Assembly (NCBI GenBank): GCA_025201805.1
Contig: MU619282.1
Coordinates: 1-64,000, forward strand
Origin: Parasitella parasitica NRRL 2501
Taxonomy: Eukaryota > Fungi > Mucoromycota
DNA: 64,000 nucleotides
Reading direction: 5' to 3'
Under the pieces are notes generated by a model. The model made no database searches, was not told where the DNA came from, and was given only the letters and a program-made list of their open reading frames with translations. The first letter of the stretch is position 1. Each line of letters starts with the position of its first letter. The translations under genes and the position numbers were made by a program. This document shows positions 16,102 through 30,704 of this stretch, piece after piece.

Positions 16102-16583
16102 TCAATTCATAAAATTGGCAAAAGTGCTACTCTTGTAACCAATGTTTTCCTTGGGGACATCCGTAAAGACAAAGTAGCCACGGCTGTCCTCAACTCCCAA
16201 TTCCTTTACAAGTTCGGCGGTAACAGCCTTCGTCAGCTTGGAGTTGCGATCATTATCTTTGTGAAAATGTTATTATATCAGATTTACGCGTCATTACTAC
16301 ACAAACGCACACTTACCAATGTGACCAATGGAGCCGACCTTGACGAGGAAGCCAGGCTTATCTGAACCAGCAAAATAAAAGCTGTCAACCTTGGTAAAAG
16401 TGACCAAACAGTACTATATGCCATTCCGTGAGTAAAAACCTCATACATACATACATTAGAATGTTGCTAGTTTATTACGCTTTCGGGCTTGCCTATCAAT
16501 TCCGCAAAGAGGGCATTCATTCTTTTAGTGAAAGCATTGAGGTCCTTGGGCGCTTGAGCAGAGGAAATCTCGAGAATAGGCAT
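16102..16583 (-). CDS. MIF/D-dopachrome tautomerase-family protein, 3 exons
   Basis: Starts MPILEI (Pro-1); LIGKPES|YC, VGSIG and FTDVPKENIG motifs; about 117 aa. Confidence 0.8.
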
Positions 16584-16886
16584 AGTGGTTATATGTGTAT
16601 TTAAAAAAATAGAAAAAACAGCTTGAAAAAAGCACAAGGCAAAATGCCCTAAATATCTGATGCTGACACGATGTGAAACATGATGCAAAAATATTTTCCC
16701 TTTCCGAGTTGCTTTTATATCTTTAGCCGAGATATATACAACGTACAAACATGGCAAATAAAAAGCTTATTCAATAGTCGGCATGCGTACTTTTTATAAT
16801 ATTTTTCATCGGATAGCCGATTATCTTTATGCAAAAAAAGCCCATAACATTTCTTTCCGACACTTTGTATCATTGATAGAGTAGGT

Positions 16887-19800
16887 TTATAATGATTCAT
16901 CAAAATTATGCAATTGCTTTCCCACAAGATATGTATCATCGCGAACGCTCTTTAGCCAGAATTTGATCAACCTAAGAGACAACATGGCTAGTATAATCAA
17001 GCAAGCGCCGCAAAACATAATCGGGTATGCACATCGGAAGATCAGCACCTTCATCGATGAGTCTTCAACCGCTAAAAAAAAAAAAACCGTCCGAACGTGT
17101 TATGAATTCACATAGCATAGCTATTCCAGTAACTGTACTTACATAGTAAAAAAACGATGATTAGGGCAACAATACCAGGAAGACAGATAATGGCACACAG
17201 GCATTCAATGCTTGGCAGGATTACATCTTTTGTGACAATGGAGACGTCAAGATTATCAAAATTGTCCCAGTTGAATTGTACGACTTGGTTTCTATACGGT
17301 GTGTGTTGGGGTAAAATGTGAATGATGCCATAGAACAAGCTCAGGGCTGCGACGCCGATTGCCCAATCAATAGTAGGATAGATATCGAGCGATGCTTGGT
17401 AAGTGCTTGATTGCTTGAGGGGCCTGATAATGTATAAATCAAGCATTATGCCAGTCAAGAATGGCACCACAAATCCCAAAAAGAGAAAAACGTACGCAAA
17501 CTTTGTTATCTAAATGCAAATATTCAACAATTAGCACGATTTTTGTATGATTGTTTGTAGACGTTTACCTTGGCAATCTTTGCGCAAATGTAGTCTTTTA
17601 CTATTGTCCACCTAACTCGACCCTGGTTGCTCTCCATTATTTGGTATTTTTGTACTGCAGTGTTCAACAAAGAGCTCAGCAGTATCATGATGTAGGCTCC
17701 GAGAGCAAACGAATACAGATCATGAATAGGCCTGTCTGGCCCCAACTGCAGCTTTGCAAAGAGGTTGCGGCCCAGCTTCACTACAAATCAAGACAAGTCA
17801 GCCTTGATATAATCATGCGAACACAAGCTATCAATCAACCTACATGGCGCAACAGAGATGGAGCAGACTAGAATGGACCCTGTCGCCCATATCAGAAATA
17901 AGAATGCGGCTATTCGAAGCTTGAAATAGGGCGGAATGTACACAATGGTTGTATTTTTCGTCTTGTCATCATTCCCTGCTGCAACTGGATGGCCAAGTAT
18001 CCGCTCCGTCTCATTCAGAGGCTGGAGTGTGCTTGGATTGACGGGAACAATCATACGTCGGCTAGGCATCGCAGCGGGGACATTGTCATGCGCAGGAACC
18101 CGAACGAGCCCCCCATCTTTTCTGAAGCCGCTGGGTGCGGCTGGTGCTGATTGTTGTGGAGGTAGGCTCGTAATCCATTGATACCATGATCCATAAAGAG
18201 GAGCCCCTTCCTCTTCTAGATAGCGCCCCCCAAACATGAACGATGACAGCCGTAATTGTCGAGACACAATGTGCCACCATGTCGCTACATTTTTCTTGGA
18301 AAACTCTCTTGGCACAATGTATCTCATGATGGGAGGTAATAGAAATTGTATAGCCAATAGGTCTATTGGCAAAGAAGAGATGGGTATGCTGTTTTGGTTG
18401 GTTGTTTTTTTTAACAGCGTTAGCCTATTACTCTTTGCATGTTTGTCTGCTGGAACTTACTCAAATTTCCATATGATGGGATAAATGCCGCAATATCGAC
18501 TCACCAGTATTGTGACAAAGCCCATTCCTACCATGATCAGCATGAAATAGATGGCTGCTTTAGTGATCAATCTTCGCAGCAAGGCAAGAATGGGCTGGTC
18601 CACCATATCTTGCACCGGTTTAAACTGAGGGTCTTTGGGATCAGGCCAAAAATACAGCACTCCAGGCCGGACGACCTCTCTCACAAGCGTGGTGAACACA
18701 GAAAACTGCAAAATAAACCCTGTGCCTACAAACCAATGCAGAAATATGCCAGTGTACGGGTTCAAAAGCACAAAATGGAACCGGCTCTTGATCGACCATT
18801 CTGTAAACAGCGGTAGCGTTGATATGTCCAGCAAACCGCCACATACAGTGGGGAGTACCACCAATTCGAGAAAGATAAAAAAGAGGACTTTGAGAAATAT
18901 AGCTTGTTGGCGAAGGATTTCGTTGGTGGAACCCGCTCGGGTCCTCTTGTTCCTTGATAGGTAGCAAGAGCCAATGGATACCAGCACGATATAGCCAGTG
19001 CATGTACACACAGTGCGATCTAGGCTCGTCTGTCCAATGGCACATTGTTGCCATCGGGTAAACACAGCAGCCGATATAAAGTACAGGTTGTCCCTGAGCG
19101 GCTCCCAATTGTGAATGTTGATCATGCTTCTTGTTGTACTAGTCGTATCTGAGAGTAGTTGGGATAAGCTGGCAGCTTCGGATGTATCATGAAGCATGAT
19201 ATAGATTGATCTGAATATGAAATAAAGGCCGGATAAAACGGTATCCATGGTGGATTTGACGGCCACCAGCGTCGTTTCGGGTAAGATTGTTTTGACCACA
19301 AGCAGCAAGTTGGTGTAGGTAGGCCAGATAACTGTGTCGAGACCAAAATCAACTAATGAAGCAGAGATCGATTGCAAGATACGGACAGGGCTTGCCACAA
19401 TGCTAAGGGGGTGTATCTTGTGGCAACGTTAATACACAGTTAACCCCTAAATAGACATGTACCTACCAGAATGACAGAACGTCCAATCACGTACGGGATC
19501 CATACAGAAACACATAGACACAGACTGATCATCAAAGACATTAGAACCGAGTTTTGGAATAGCACGAGCATATTGCCACGCATCCCAATGGCCTCTAAAA
19601 TACCATCCAAATCTTCAACTAAATCAAATGGAGCTTCATTGTTGTTATTCGCTGCCCTTGGATCCAAGGCCGGAGGTGCTACTGTTGGCGTGACAGGTGT
19701 GGCTACTGATGAGGTATCGTCCTCCTCAAGCACAGTTTCGTTCAGAAATTGCTCTGCGAAATAATCGCTTTCTTCTGCAATGGCCGATGCTGAAAATTGC

Positions 19801-21042
19801 CCTTCTCTCCAAGCATCATCTTGAGGTGTAGTATTATGCTGTTGATGTCGATTATTTAGGCTGCTGCTATTTGCACTATCTTGTTGGTAATCCCTCCAAC
19901 TTGCAAAAGGAGATTGCGTCCCACTTGGAGGGTTCAAATAAGTAATGTTGTCTTTGTCTTGATCGTCTTGATCGTCTAAATTGTTATTGCTTGCATGGTT
20001 GCTGGTATCATCAACTATCGCTAAACGTCGTCTTTGCTCTATTTCTCTTCTCAATTCTTCTAATCGGGCGCTGATCTGCTCTCTTTCATTCAAAATTCCT
20101 TCGTCGGTTGCATTGACTGTTTGGGCAGCATGAGTAAGGCCATCTACAGTGGATTGCTGTTCATTACTATCGTCCTGCTCTGTTCCGGATCCCGTTACTG
20201 CTTCTGTTTCTGCTGGTGCTTGTACTGTTGCAGTGTTTTGAATGACCCATTCTCGAAATAAATATGCAGCAACAAATACCACCACCACCACTGCTGTTAT
20301 AATCTGCCCCTGAAAACAATCTGATAAAAACTCTCTATTGTTCAACGGCGAAATAAATAAAAAAAAAAAAAGTTACTAATGACGGATTTGCATTCAATTA
20401 AGCACTCTTACTTCCAGTTATAGTACAGTAAATATTGACGATCATTCTCAGAGTGGCTGTTGCTGATATCTTGCTTCAATGTGGAAGGAAACCCTATATT
20501 CTCTCCACTCCAGAAATAGAATCGCCATGTCCACAGTGTAAGTGCTGGCAAAAGAATCAGCCAAACAATAATGACAACAGCAGATCGAACGCAAGTGATG
20601 AATACGTTTACTAGGCGAGATAGCGACTGTCGCAGTAGTACCTGAAGCGGTAATCTAGTTGGCATATCATCGCGGTAAATTGGCGTAAAAACAAAGGAAT
20701 ATTCGCAGACTTCACAATATCTAAAAGTACATGGCATTATCAGATTTGCGTTGACTATAGCATAGCACAACCATTTCCTACTTCTTTTTACTATGGGACA
20801 GCCACTGCAGCAAGCTTTTTGAAAGATTGTAAGACAAGGTACCATCCAGCATAAGTACAAATATGTTTATACCATTCTTGATGAACAAAACGAATGCTTC
20901 CACTGCATTTGCAAGGGTGAAAGAGAGGGTGATTTAATGAAGATCCGCTTCTACATACTCTACAGATAGCTACAGAGCTGCGTTTTATATCAAAATTGTC
21001 ACACTGTGGTATGTCTTCAAGCAAACCTTGATCGTCTTCCAT
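16887..21042 (-). CDS. DOA10: ERAD E3 ubiquitin ligase Doa10/MARCH6
   Basis: N-terminal RING-CH (CRVCR...[14 protein letters not shown]...YCEVC), [33 protein letters not shown] and C-terminal [13 protein letters not shown]. Confidence 0.92.
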
Positions 21043-21705
21043 TAAGTCGCAAATAAAAAAATAAAAATAAAAATAAGGCTGTTTAAAAAAGGTAATTTTA
21101 CAGATACCCAAAAACCCTAATTGAAAGAATAGGACAGAAATTCACGCGAGTCGGAATCATCAAGTGTTACCGTACCATTCACCTTGTTCCATGACATGCT
21201 CATTATTATATTTATGCAGACTGGACGTTGCTATGCCGTATGCTCACTATGATAGTAGGCGACATAAGCCTTTCTTTCAAGTTGTACTTTGCGACGAATC
21301 TTGATTCAATATACAGTTCAAGATCAGTCGCAAACGATGTAAACTGGCAAAGAGCCAGCCACTAATAAAGATGGTCAGGTCAACAAGACTAATGAATTAC
21401 TTATTTGATTGAACGCTGTGTGCGCTAAAAAGCATGTTGCCTAGCAACGATAGTGTTTCTGCTTCATTTTTCCTTGCTTTGGCTACATTAAAGCAAACAA
21501 TGTTTTCCCCCAAGATGGCACATCTCCAGGATATGCACGCTTGTGATCATGTAAAGCATCTGCTCTTGACATTACTAATTTTGCCCAGCACCCAATTTCT
21601 TTGGGACAACTTTGTAGTGTCCGTTAAAACCAGACAAAAAGTTAGATTGTTTGTGGATGTTTATAAATATGTATAATTACAAATGGGAGAAAATGATTAC
21701 AACCA

Positions 21706-23554
21706 TCAAATCTCATCAATCTCCATTGATTCATCTAATTGTGTGTCAGGAGCTTTGTCAGCTACTTCTCTCTCTGCAATCTGTTTGCTCAACTCGTAAT
21801 AGGTGTTGGGATGTTCGATATTATCGATTTTTTCCTTGTTTTGAGGGTGAGTTACTTCAAAGTGTTTTGTACATGCTAATTGATAATGTTTGTTGCGAAC
21901 AAGTTCTAGTATTTCATCTACATGAGATCCGCTGATTTTGTCTTTACGCAATCTAGCTTCCAAATTGCTATGAGAGAAATGACGGAAGGGGCAACCATGA
22001 TTCTCTCCATTTGAAGGTGGATTGCTTGTGATAATCTTTGTGCAACTGCCACAATTACATTTCAGTTTATCCATTATATAGATTCTTCAAAGTAGGCTAC
22101 AATACCTGTATGGGTTATAATTTACACGCCTTCCTTCAAGACCGTAATTGTATCGAATGTTGTAGGCATATTCTTTTTGGAATTTATCATCTGTTGTGTT
22201 GGAGAATGCTTCTCTCCAGAATACAAGAGCTTCCTCTACGGTTAGTCCAATACCTTTTAGGAACAGGCCATATTGAAGTCTGCCTCCGTGTTTAAGATGC
22301 TTTTCAGATCTCAATGAGTCGTGCAAATTACGCATACATAAAGGCGCATGATGGCGAATAAACTAAATAACGTAAATGAGCACCGTCTCTCGTCTACTGC
22401 CAATGTCAGAATATATACCGAATCAACATCTTTGGCTGTTACAGAGCCTGTGGCATCCCCGGTGTCATTGTAATTTCTCCCAATATATTGCTTTTCAACA
22501 TTGAGTAAGATGGGCCTCAATCTGTCGTCTTCTTCCATTCTTGGTAGCAATTTGCTAGTTGCCTCCAGTGCTCGTATTAGATGATTCTTGAATTCCGCCA
22601 TGACAAGGTTGATCTGGTCGCTCATGGGAACATAGGCTTTCCCCTTTCTCAAGTAAACGGACCGAGTTGCGATCATCGAAGGAACCTTGAAAAAATCAAC
22701 CTGGAAAAAAAAAAGATGCCTTTGTCAGCCATGCTATGGATTCAAAGTGAAATTCTGCTTGCCAATACCTCAAAGAAAGTCTCGGAAGTAATGTGATCCT
22801 GTATAGCTTGTGCGGTTGTTGCTTGCTTTGGTTTGAAGCAGATCTCCAATTCTTCTCTTATGCTTTCCTTTTCTTCATTTGAAAGCTAATGTGACAGAAA
22901 TGGTCAGCATTTCATTTCAGGGGCTTCAATTTCATACTTGCAATCTTCCAATTCAAGTTTAAATACTTTAAAAAGTTCCTTTTTTCCTCTAATGTTTCCT
23001 GCTCAAATCTATATTTGAACAGTGCAGTTTCTTGCTTTACAAACCAATCACGCAACTCCTCACTACAAGAAATGTCAATCACCGTTGCAATCAACCAATC
23101 GATTTACATCCAAACTTACCTTCGACAATACGCCATTCTCAAGACAAAATGGCTAATATGGTCTTTGCGTCTTTCTTCATAGAGTGTGTCGGATTTTGAC
23201 ATGTTTGATTTGAGAGGCAAGTATTCATCGACTGTCTTTGCAATTTCAGCTTTAAGATCCTTGTTGCGTAAAATGGCGGTTTCGACTGCCCTCAACACTT
23301 GGATATTTTTGAGCAAACGTGAGATGTCAGCGATTGTGTCCTAATTTACCTTGAAGACGGTCTAGCGCAAACGTCTCGAATTCTTCGATTGTGATTTCTG
23401 ATGGCGGTGGTTTCATGTAATAGTTTACTCGAAAAGGATAGTCGCTTTGTAGGCTATAATTCATTCCGTTTTCGACAAACACAGATCTTCCAGTCTTGGC
23501 AGCGTTTGCAGCAACAGCAAAGCGATTGGCACTCTTATTCTTGTGTTTAAGCAT
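21706..23554 (-). CDS. PRI2: DNA primase large subunit
   Basis: [62 protein letters not shown] and HGCPFRH motifs. Confidence 0.95.
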
Positions 23555-23702
23555 AGTTGATGGAAAAAAAAAAAAAAGGGATAAAAGAGAAATTTTATTA
23601 TTAGAATCACGAAACGCGGTTATCGCGACATCAGCATGTCAGAAAGGGTGCCTCAAGGATATAAAGATATAAAGTATACACATTAATGGTTAGGTTTTTT
23701 TT

Positions 23703-26068
23703 TTACAGCTTCTTTGCGTCCTTGAGCTGTCGTTTGATGGCCTCAAACTCGCTTTCTCGTTCTGCAAACGTCATTTTCATATTGATCAGCATGGCTTCTG
23801 TGTCAGTTAATTGAGTAGCTAACGAGATATTTTGCTGTGCTAACTCCTTGTTCTCTGACGCAAGCTGGTTCACCTGCTTTTCAAAACAAGCTTTCACATC
23901 TTTTTTGTATTGCTCGAATTCAGCCTTCACTCGAGCAAATTCATGGCTTATCTGCTGTTTTTCATCTTCGGTTCGAGCAACTGTCATTTTGCTGTCAATG
24001 ATTTGCTTTGTGATGTCTTGATTCTCCACTCGGAGCAGCTGTAGGGAAGCCTCCACTGAGCGAATATGTTCAGAAAGCTGGCCATTGATTCTTCTCAGGT
24101 TATCTTCTTGTGATGTCGATTTCGACTCTCGCGCCTCCTCCCCTGTATATTGCTGAGCAAGACGAGCCATGAAGCGTGCCGGTAAGTCAATGCGGTACGT
24201 GTCTTCCACAATCGCATTGCCATCCTCGCCAAAGTTTGCAAATACACCGTGGCCCAGGAACTCGACCAAAGATTCAAATTTAAGTCTGAGGATCTTTTCT
24301 TGGTTGCGGATGATGATTGCCAGTGCAATTTGAACTAGGATATGCGTCCCTTCCACTAGCAGCAGGTCAATAACTCTTAGCGTCAGTTGCATGGGACATC
24401 TATAAGCAAACAGGGTGAGGAACCATTGGGAGGCGTACATCGAGGGTGTGACACCTTCATTTTCCATATGGCGATGAATCACGGGCAGTTTTTGTTGAAA
24501 CACATTGTCAAACTGGTACATGTGCTGGTGCAGGACTTCCATGCGAGGGGTGAAGTGTCCTCGTAGGCCGTATTTTCCCATTAGTTTGATGAGCACACAG
24601 AAAGCCGACTCCTCAGACATCTACATGGGAGGTTTATAGTTAGTTTTTTTTTTTTTTTTTTGGTTCACGGACAATGCGTTCAAAGTCATCAGATTCTTAC
24701 ATGTAGCAGTAGACAGCCAATGATGAAAGCTAAGCCTTGACAATAGCCGACTTCTTGGTCGAATATGCTGTACGCCTTGGCTACATTAAAGAGCGCTTGT
24801 CTGCCAGATTCCTGCATAAAATAAGGATGGTCCGGGAATGTTCTAGTCAGATCTCGCTGTATTTGCTTTTCAAACGGACTGACAGATTTCCTCAGGATTT
24901 CTCTGTATTCAGTCTCCATATCAAAGCTATCACGGGATTTGGATATGAGTTGCCATAACAATCCTCGGATAGGAGAGGGGATCCCCCCTTTTGCTAAATG
25001 TTGTCGTAAATCGTCCATCTGTGAATCAATGACAGCACCAAAATTATCTACTACTTGTTCCCAGAAACCTACATAGGATATGGGTTACATATATATGGCA
25101 GATTAAACCAAACACACAGTGCAATAATTACCCCAATCAATGCTGTTGTTTTCTATGCCACCCTTCTCTCTGCAGCGCTTCATCTCGTCCAATGCTTCTT
25201 GCTTGAGAAGAGTGTGTTTCTCAGAGTCGTATTTGTGATCATTGTGTGAAAAGCGTCTAAACTTGGACACCAACTTGTCGAAATGTCGATGGTTGCTTGC
25301 TGGCGACTGAGGGGCTCCAATTAGGTTGGTAGGTAAGACTTCAGAGAATCGTTTGCTCTGTCTCTTTTGGAAAGACTGTGAGGGCCGGGATATAATCGCA
25401 GAAGACTGGATAGATGTAACAGACAAAGGTCTCGCCTTGAACCGGTTATTAAACGAAGAAATAATACTATGTCGGCTGATGCTGCTACGCTGGGTATCTT
25501 TAGATGATCGGACAGCATCTATGTGGGGTGTGTCAATCTGCACACTGCTTCGTATGGAATCAGCTTTAGGAGTGGGTGGGGATTTCAGGACAGGAACTCT
25601 GTCATCGACGCTGTTGGTTTGGTTGTTGGAGTCGGCTGGCATGGAAGAGATCTGGTAATCGGACTTGTGCAAGTCTGCGGCATCGTCAGAGAGCCACTTT
25701 TGATTTTCGTGAGAGTTGTGCGAGTGTGGATGTGGTGTTGTGAGATTTGTGTCGACAGAATCATCATCACTTGTGGCAGTCGTGGTTGTTGTGGAAGATG
25801 AAGTGTTGAGATTATTCAATGGACCTGCCCCTTTTTCGTCGTCGGATTCATTGAAATCAGAGTCTTCATCGCTGGAAGACTCGTCATCTGTTCTCACATG
25901 GATTTTGAATCCAAAATGGTCCAAGTATTCTGAGCTGGTTGGGTTTAGAAGGGCGTCATCAACCACATCCAGGTCAAAATTAGCCATCTCATCGCATTCG
26001 TCTTGGTCAGATTCTGATTCATAATAATCATTGTGAGTAGCTGCAGGAGGGTCGTATAATGTAGTCAT
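23703..26068 (-). CDS. TBC-domain Rab GTPase-activating protein (Gyp5/EVI5-like)
   Basis: GIPSPIRGLLW, IQRDLTRTFP, GYCQGLAF and SMYASQWFLTLF motifs; C-terminal coiled coil; acidic disordered N-terminus. Confidence 0.9.
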
Positions 26069-26603
26069 TTTGGAAAGTTGATGAAAAAGAAACAAAAAAA
26101 AAAGAAAATGAGCCCAAACGAAAAAAAAAGGGGAATAAATAGTTGATTCCTTGTGAAACTATATTAATTTATGTAATGTCTTATTGCCAATTTCAAACAA
26201 CCCTTAGTAGTGCATACAGTGCTGGAAAAGCCACTCCCATCATACAATACTTCCTGATCAAGTCGATACATACGCCCTTTTGCCAGAATCATATCACAAG
26301 AAAAAAAAAAAAAGAAAAGAAAAAAAAAAAAAAAAAAGGAGAGAGCAGGATGATCATGTTTAGCCGGTTGCATGTCTGCCATTTCATTGAGGCTGTCAGC
26401 ATTAATAGTTGGCTCTTTTTTATATGCATCATCAGGTTCATTCGGCTTGCAATGACATGCATATATGCAAATGTTACCAAGCAGCAATCACCGTAACTCT
26501 CTTGCTATTCCAATTGACAACCAGTGAATCCCAAGTAAAATAAGACAGATTTTATTCTTTTAAAAAAATATGAAATAAAACCGTTTACAAAGATGATGCT
26601 GAT

Positions 26604-27324
26604 TTAAATGAAGCCAATCTACACAAAAGAATTTAGTATGTGATCTATGCAAGAGCTTATAAATGCTTACCTTGTTGGCAACGTCAAGAGCATCGACATC
26701 AGCAGTCAAGCGGACGAAGGCCTTCTTGTAGCCATCGGGGCGAATGAGAGTGTTGACTTGAGCAGCTTCAACATCATAAAGTCTCTTTACAGCATCCTTG
26801 ATTTGGTTCTTGTTGGCCTTAACATCAACGAGGAAAGTCAAGGTGTTGTGTTCCTCAATCTTCTTCATGGCAGTCTCGGTGTTGAGAGGTTGACGAATGA
26901 CACGGTATTGATCCATACGGGGAGCATGAGCGACAGACTTGCGAGTGTACTTGGGAGCACGCTTCAAAGCCAAAGTCTTGGGGATATGGAAGTGGGTGGA
27001 AGTGCGAATCTTGCGTTCAGTCTTACCATAGACACCCTTGAGGGCGGCCTTCTTGGCAGCTTGAGCCTTAGCCTTGGGAGCTACGTTTGTATCGTGTTAG
27101 TTGTGCTTGGAGTCTGGTTTATGAGAGAAACGAATGGATAAAACATGGCTGTGGTAGGTTGGCAGTTCATGTCATTTTGCTGAAATATTTCATCTAATAA
27201 GTCAATCTAAACCCAACTCTTTTTTCTATGTTGATTAATCATCGACACCTATCCATCCACTATTCTATCCATCCGTTTCTATCGATGTTGCGTAGAGTTA
27301 TTACTAACCTGAGTTTGCAGGCAT
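26604..27324 (-). CDS. RPL25: 60S ribosomal protein L25 (uL23)
   Basis: [44 protein letters not shown]|IGFI stop; short first exon ATGCCTGCAAACTCAG. Confidence 0.96.
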
Positions 27325-28019
27325 TGTTGACGTTAAAGAGGAGGAGGAGGGGGTGCCAACACCTTCATCTTCAGATTCATCTTTACTCTCCCAATGCTCG
27401 CATGCGATGGTGTCAAAGCAAAAAAAAAAAGGCGACGAGGATCCGGTTCGGACAGCATTTAAGCTCCACATCCCCCCTCTTTCTTCCGCATGTAGAAGAG
27501 CCCATTATAACATTAGCTGATCAGAGCTTTATGTACATGCCAACTTTCAAATATATAGACATATAAAATGTGGCCGATTGATTCATGTTTGAGAAATTTG
27601 ATCATTCAATTTGGCAGCTTTATTTTTAATGCTTAATGAAATACAACTGGTTTCGCTCCGTCGAATATTACAATCCCATGTCTGCAACCAAAATAATCAC
27701 TTGACTCTATTAAGCTATCGTGTGATGCAGATGAAGGAGTATCTGTCAAATTGATTTATACTTTCTGTTAAATTGACACTCTGCTGTATAAAATAATAAA
27801 CAAATATTACCATTAATTTTTGCACTATTCCATACGCATCAGACATCAAAGGAAGATATAAAAACAACCCAAATTAATTTCAAATGATGCGAAAACGGCA
27901 TGAGTAGACTCTCCAGTGTTTTACCGATCTTTTGATACTACATCTGAACGAGTTGATCTAAATTATAGTAGCTTTCGAACTGATAGAAGGTGCCAGACAA
28001 CCTTCTTCCTTGCCATCAC

Positions 28020-30248
28020 GAAAATTAATTTTCAAAATCGGAGCGTGGGCTGGTAACGCATGTTATACATTTGTAAAGACCATCATTTGATAGCCAAGAA
28101 GCATGAAAGGTTAATAAATGCAGCAATATTTATTTATGTTCTGAATCAAACTAACTATGGCTTCCTAAAGTTGTAACTTTCGTTCAAAAACGCAAAAAAC
28201 AGCAGTTCTGAGTTTTAATTACCATGGAGATCCTCTTGATGGTTTGGCTCACTGCTGATATCTGAAATACGCTTCGCAAGTTCAGACCGGTGAACCCAGC
28301 TTTTTGGTTGTTGAAATAAATCTAATTTGCGCACGATTCGACCAGCTACTTGTGATAGTTTTTTCAGGGGGATGCCCTTTTAAATAGCACAGATTGATTT
28401 TCGAGGATCAAACTTTGTCTTCTTTCATTCTAATTATCCTAATTAATCAAGTATNNNNNNNNNNAAAAAAAAAAAAAAAAAAAAAAACCTGAAACTAAAC
28501 AATCACCAACGGGCCACAATACTAAAAATTTTGAATTCTATAATGTTTAAACGCTGATAAATTAATTCAGATATACTCTTTAGATATTAAACATCTAAAT
28601 AAGCTCAATATTTAGACAAATCTACAGAACTGCAAAGATATTTAAACTAAATTACAAAGCCATCAAAGTATCAAAGTATCAAAGTATCAATCAAAGTGCA
28701 TATACTAGTAAGCCATTAGGTTGTACGTATCCATGAAATTATGCATTTACACAATGGCAGTATATCCTGAATCTAAGTTTAAAGCAACCATTTCATTCTG
28801 TTTTCTCCTTTAATTATATGTCTTTTCAAAAATCATAGCATATTCAAGCAAACGACAATCTCTATAACTTCACAATATCATTTTAAGCTACATCCGCTGA
28901 GTTAAGTCAGCATATCCAATATCAAAGAGAGAATATACAGCCAAGACTCGTTATAACGGACGGGTTGGTGTACAAAAATGTGTTTGGTATAGCAAGTCAT
29001 CCCCTATTTAGAATCTGATACTCTACAGTACAGTGCCTGGAACCTGGAGCCTGAAATCCACCAGAAGCTTATTATGAAGCTTAGCTTTTGTTAGTAAAAT
29101 TACTCTTAACCTCAATCCTAACCTATATTTTACTTTCTATTTTACATATTCAGCATTAGAATCACAAGAAAAGGAACTTTTGAATTAGTATTAAGCATTA
29201 TAATAAGCAACAATGATAATAGGGCTTTTCTGTCAGTAGCAATTAGCAACTTATGAATTATTCACAAATAAAAGGGCTTATTGTAGCAAAGCATTGTATT
29301 TATTATGCAACCTCTTCTGCTTCCAACTCGATGGGCCACACCTGCTTGATCATATTATTATAAAGAAAGGTATACTTATGTATCAGAAATACCTACTTTA
29401 TAGCGCTGTATCATGTAAAAGAATTGATATTAACAGGATATCATCTTCAGATAGATGTTTTTACAGCTTAAAAGCAAGAACTTTAGCTTTGCGTGCATCT
29501 TTTGACAGATTTTCATAATTAAAAGTGCCTTGAAAACGCCAGAAATAGTATTCATTGGGAAAAAAAACTATATTATATGTGATTTTGGTGCAATTTGAGC
29601 ATGATTTTTTTTCGATGCAAAATGACGGATTTTTTCGATTTTTTCCTTGTATCCACACATCCAAAATCATCGATTATGCATTATCCTCGATTTAGACCCC
29701 AAAAATGCAACTTTTTGCTAGAGCATATCTTAGAGGAAAATGATCGTAAAAGACCGTTCCTTGATCTGAAAGACTGGAAATGCGCCCTGATTAAGCAAAC
29801 TATTGACTTTTCCCTCTTGATCTGTTTTGAGGTTTTTTCGACATAATTCCTTCCGTGAGCATACGAGAATTATGAAATTATACCATCGTGTAGAGCGTCC
29901 AAAAGTACAGCTATTATCGTAGACCGACAGTCGGAGTATGCATAGTATCAAAGGATGATATCTTGCCTTAAAAAAGTAACTTTGTTTTCTAATTGTACAA
30001 ATGGAGTTTCTGGAAGAATTTTTACTTCCTGATTTTGGACGCGTTTAATCTCCGCTTTCAAAGATAAAAATGGGGTTTTTTGACGAAAGTCTTAGCTTTG
30101 AGAAGCCATAGCTTGCCCAATTCAAGGAAAAAACAATTGTAATTTAGTTTATTTAAATGGTGTACTTCTTGGCTTTCTAATGATAGTACTTTCATGTCTG
30201 CACCTGGCCTGAAGATCTCACGCTCCGATTTTGAAAAATACTTTTCCG
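28020..30248. repeat. Diverged ~175-bp inverted repeat pair (about 28020-28195 and 30072-30248) in a gene-free region
   Basis: Collinear blocks TTTTCAAAATCGGAGCGTG, ATCATT..A.AGCCAAGAAG, CTATGGCTTC and ACTTTCGT..AAAA occur on opposite strands. Confidence 0.6.
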
Positions 30249-30704
30249 AGAAAAGTCAGAAAAGTCGTTATCTTCATCTGATGTCCACTTAAAAAGTGCA
30301 AAAACTTGGTCTAAGCTATGCAAATATGTAATCAAAAGGCGCCTTATAGTCTAATAAATTACTTTGCATTACTATTTTTAGTGTTTGAGGTTGCTAAACA
30401 TTACTTTCTTGTAGTTTTTGTCTTTTTTCTGACAATAACGCACTGAAATTCGTGTAGAACAAAAAAATATATAGAAAAATGAGGCGCCTAAAATCTACGT
30501 AGCTAGCTTTACAAAGAAACGCACTTTTGAACCATTCCAATATTATGGAAAAGACGGCACAGATTTGACTAGCTGTTCTACTGCACAACTTGATATAGAG
30601 AGTCTAGCTTGGTACTCGTCTGACAAGACCTTCTACACTAGAAGACGCCAGATCAATTTAAGGTATAAGAAAGTGCCAGAGAAAAGGAAACAATTTGCCA
30701 CCAG

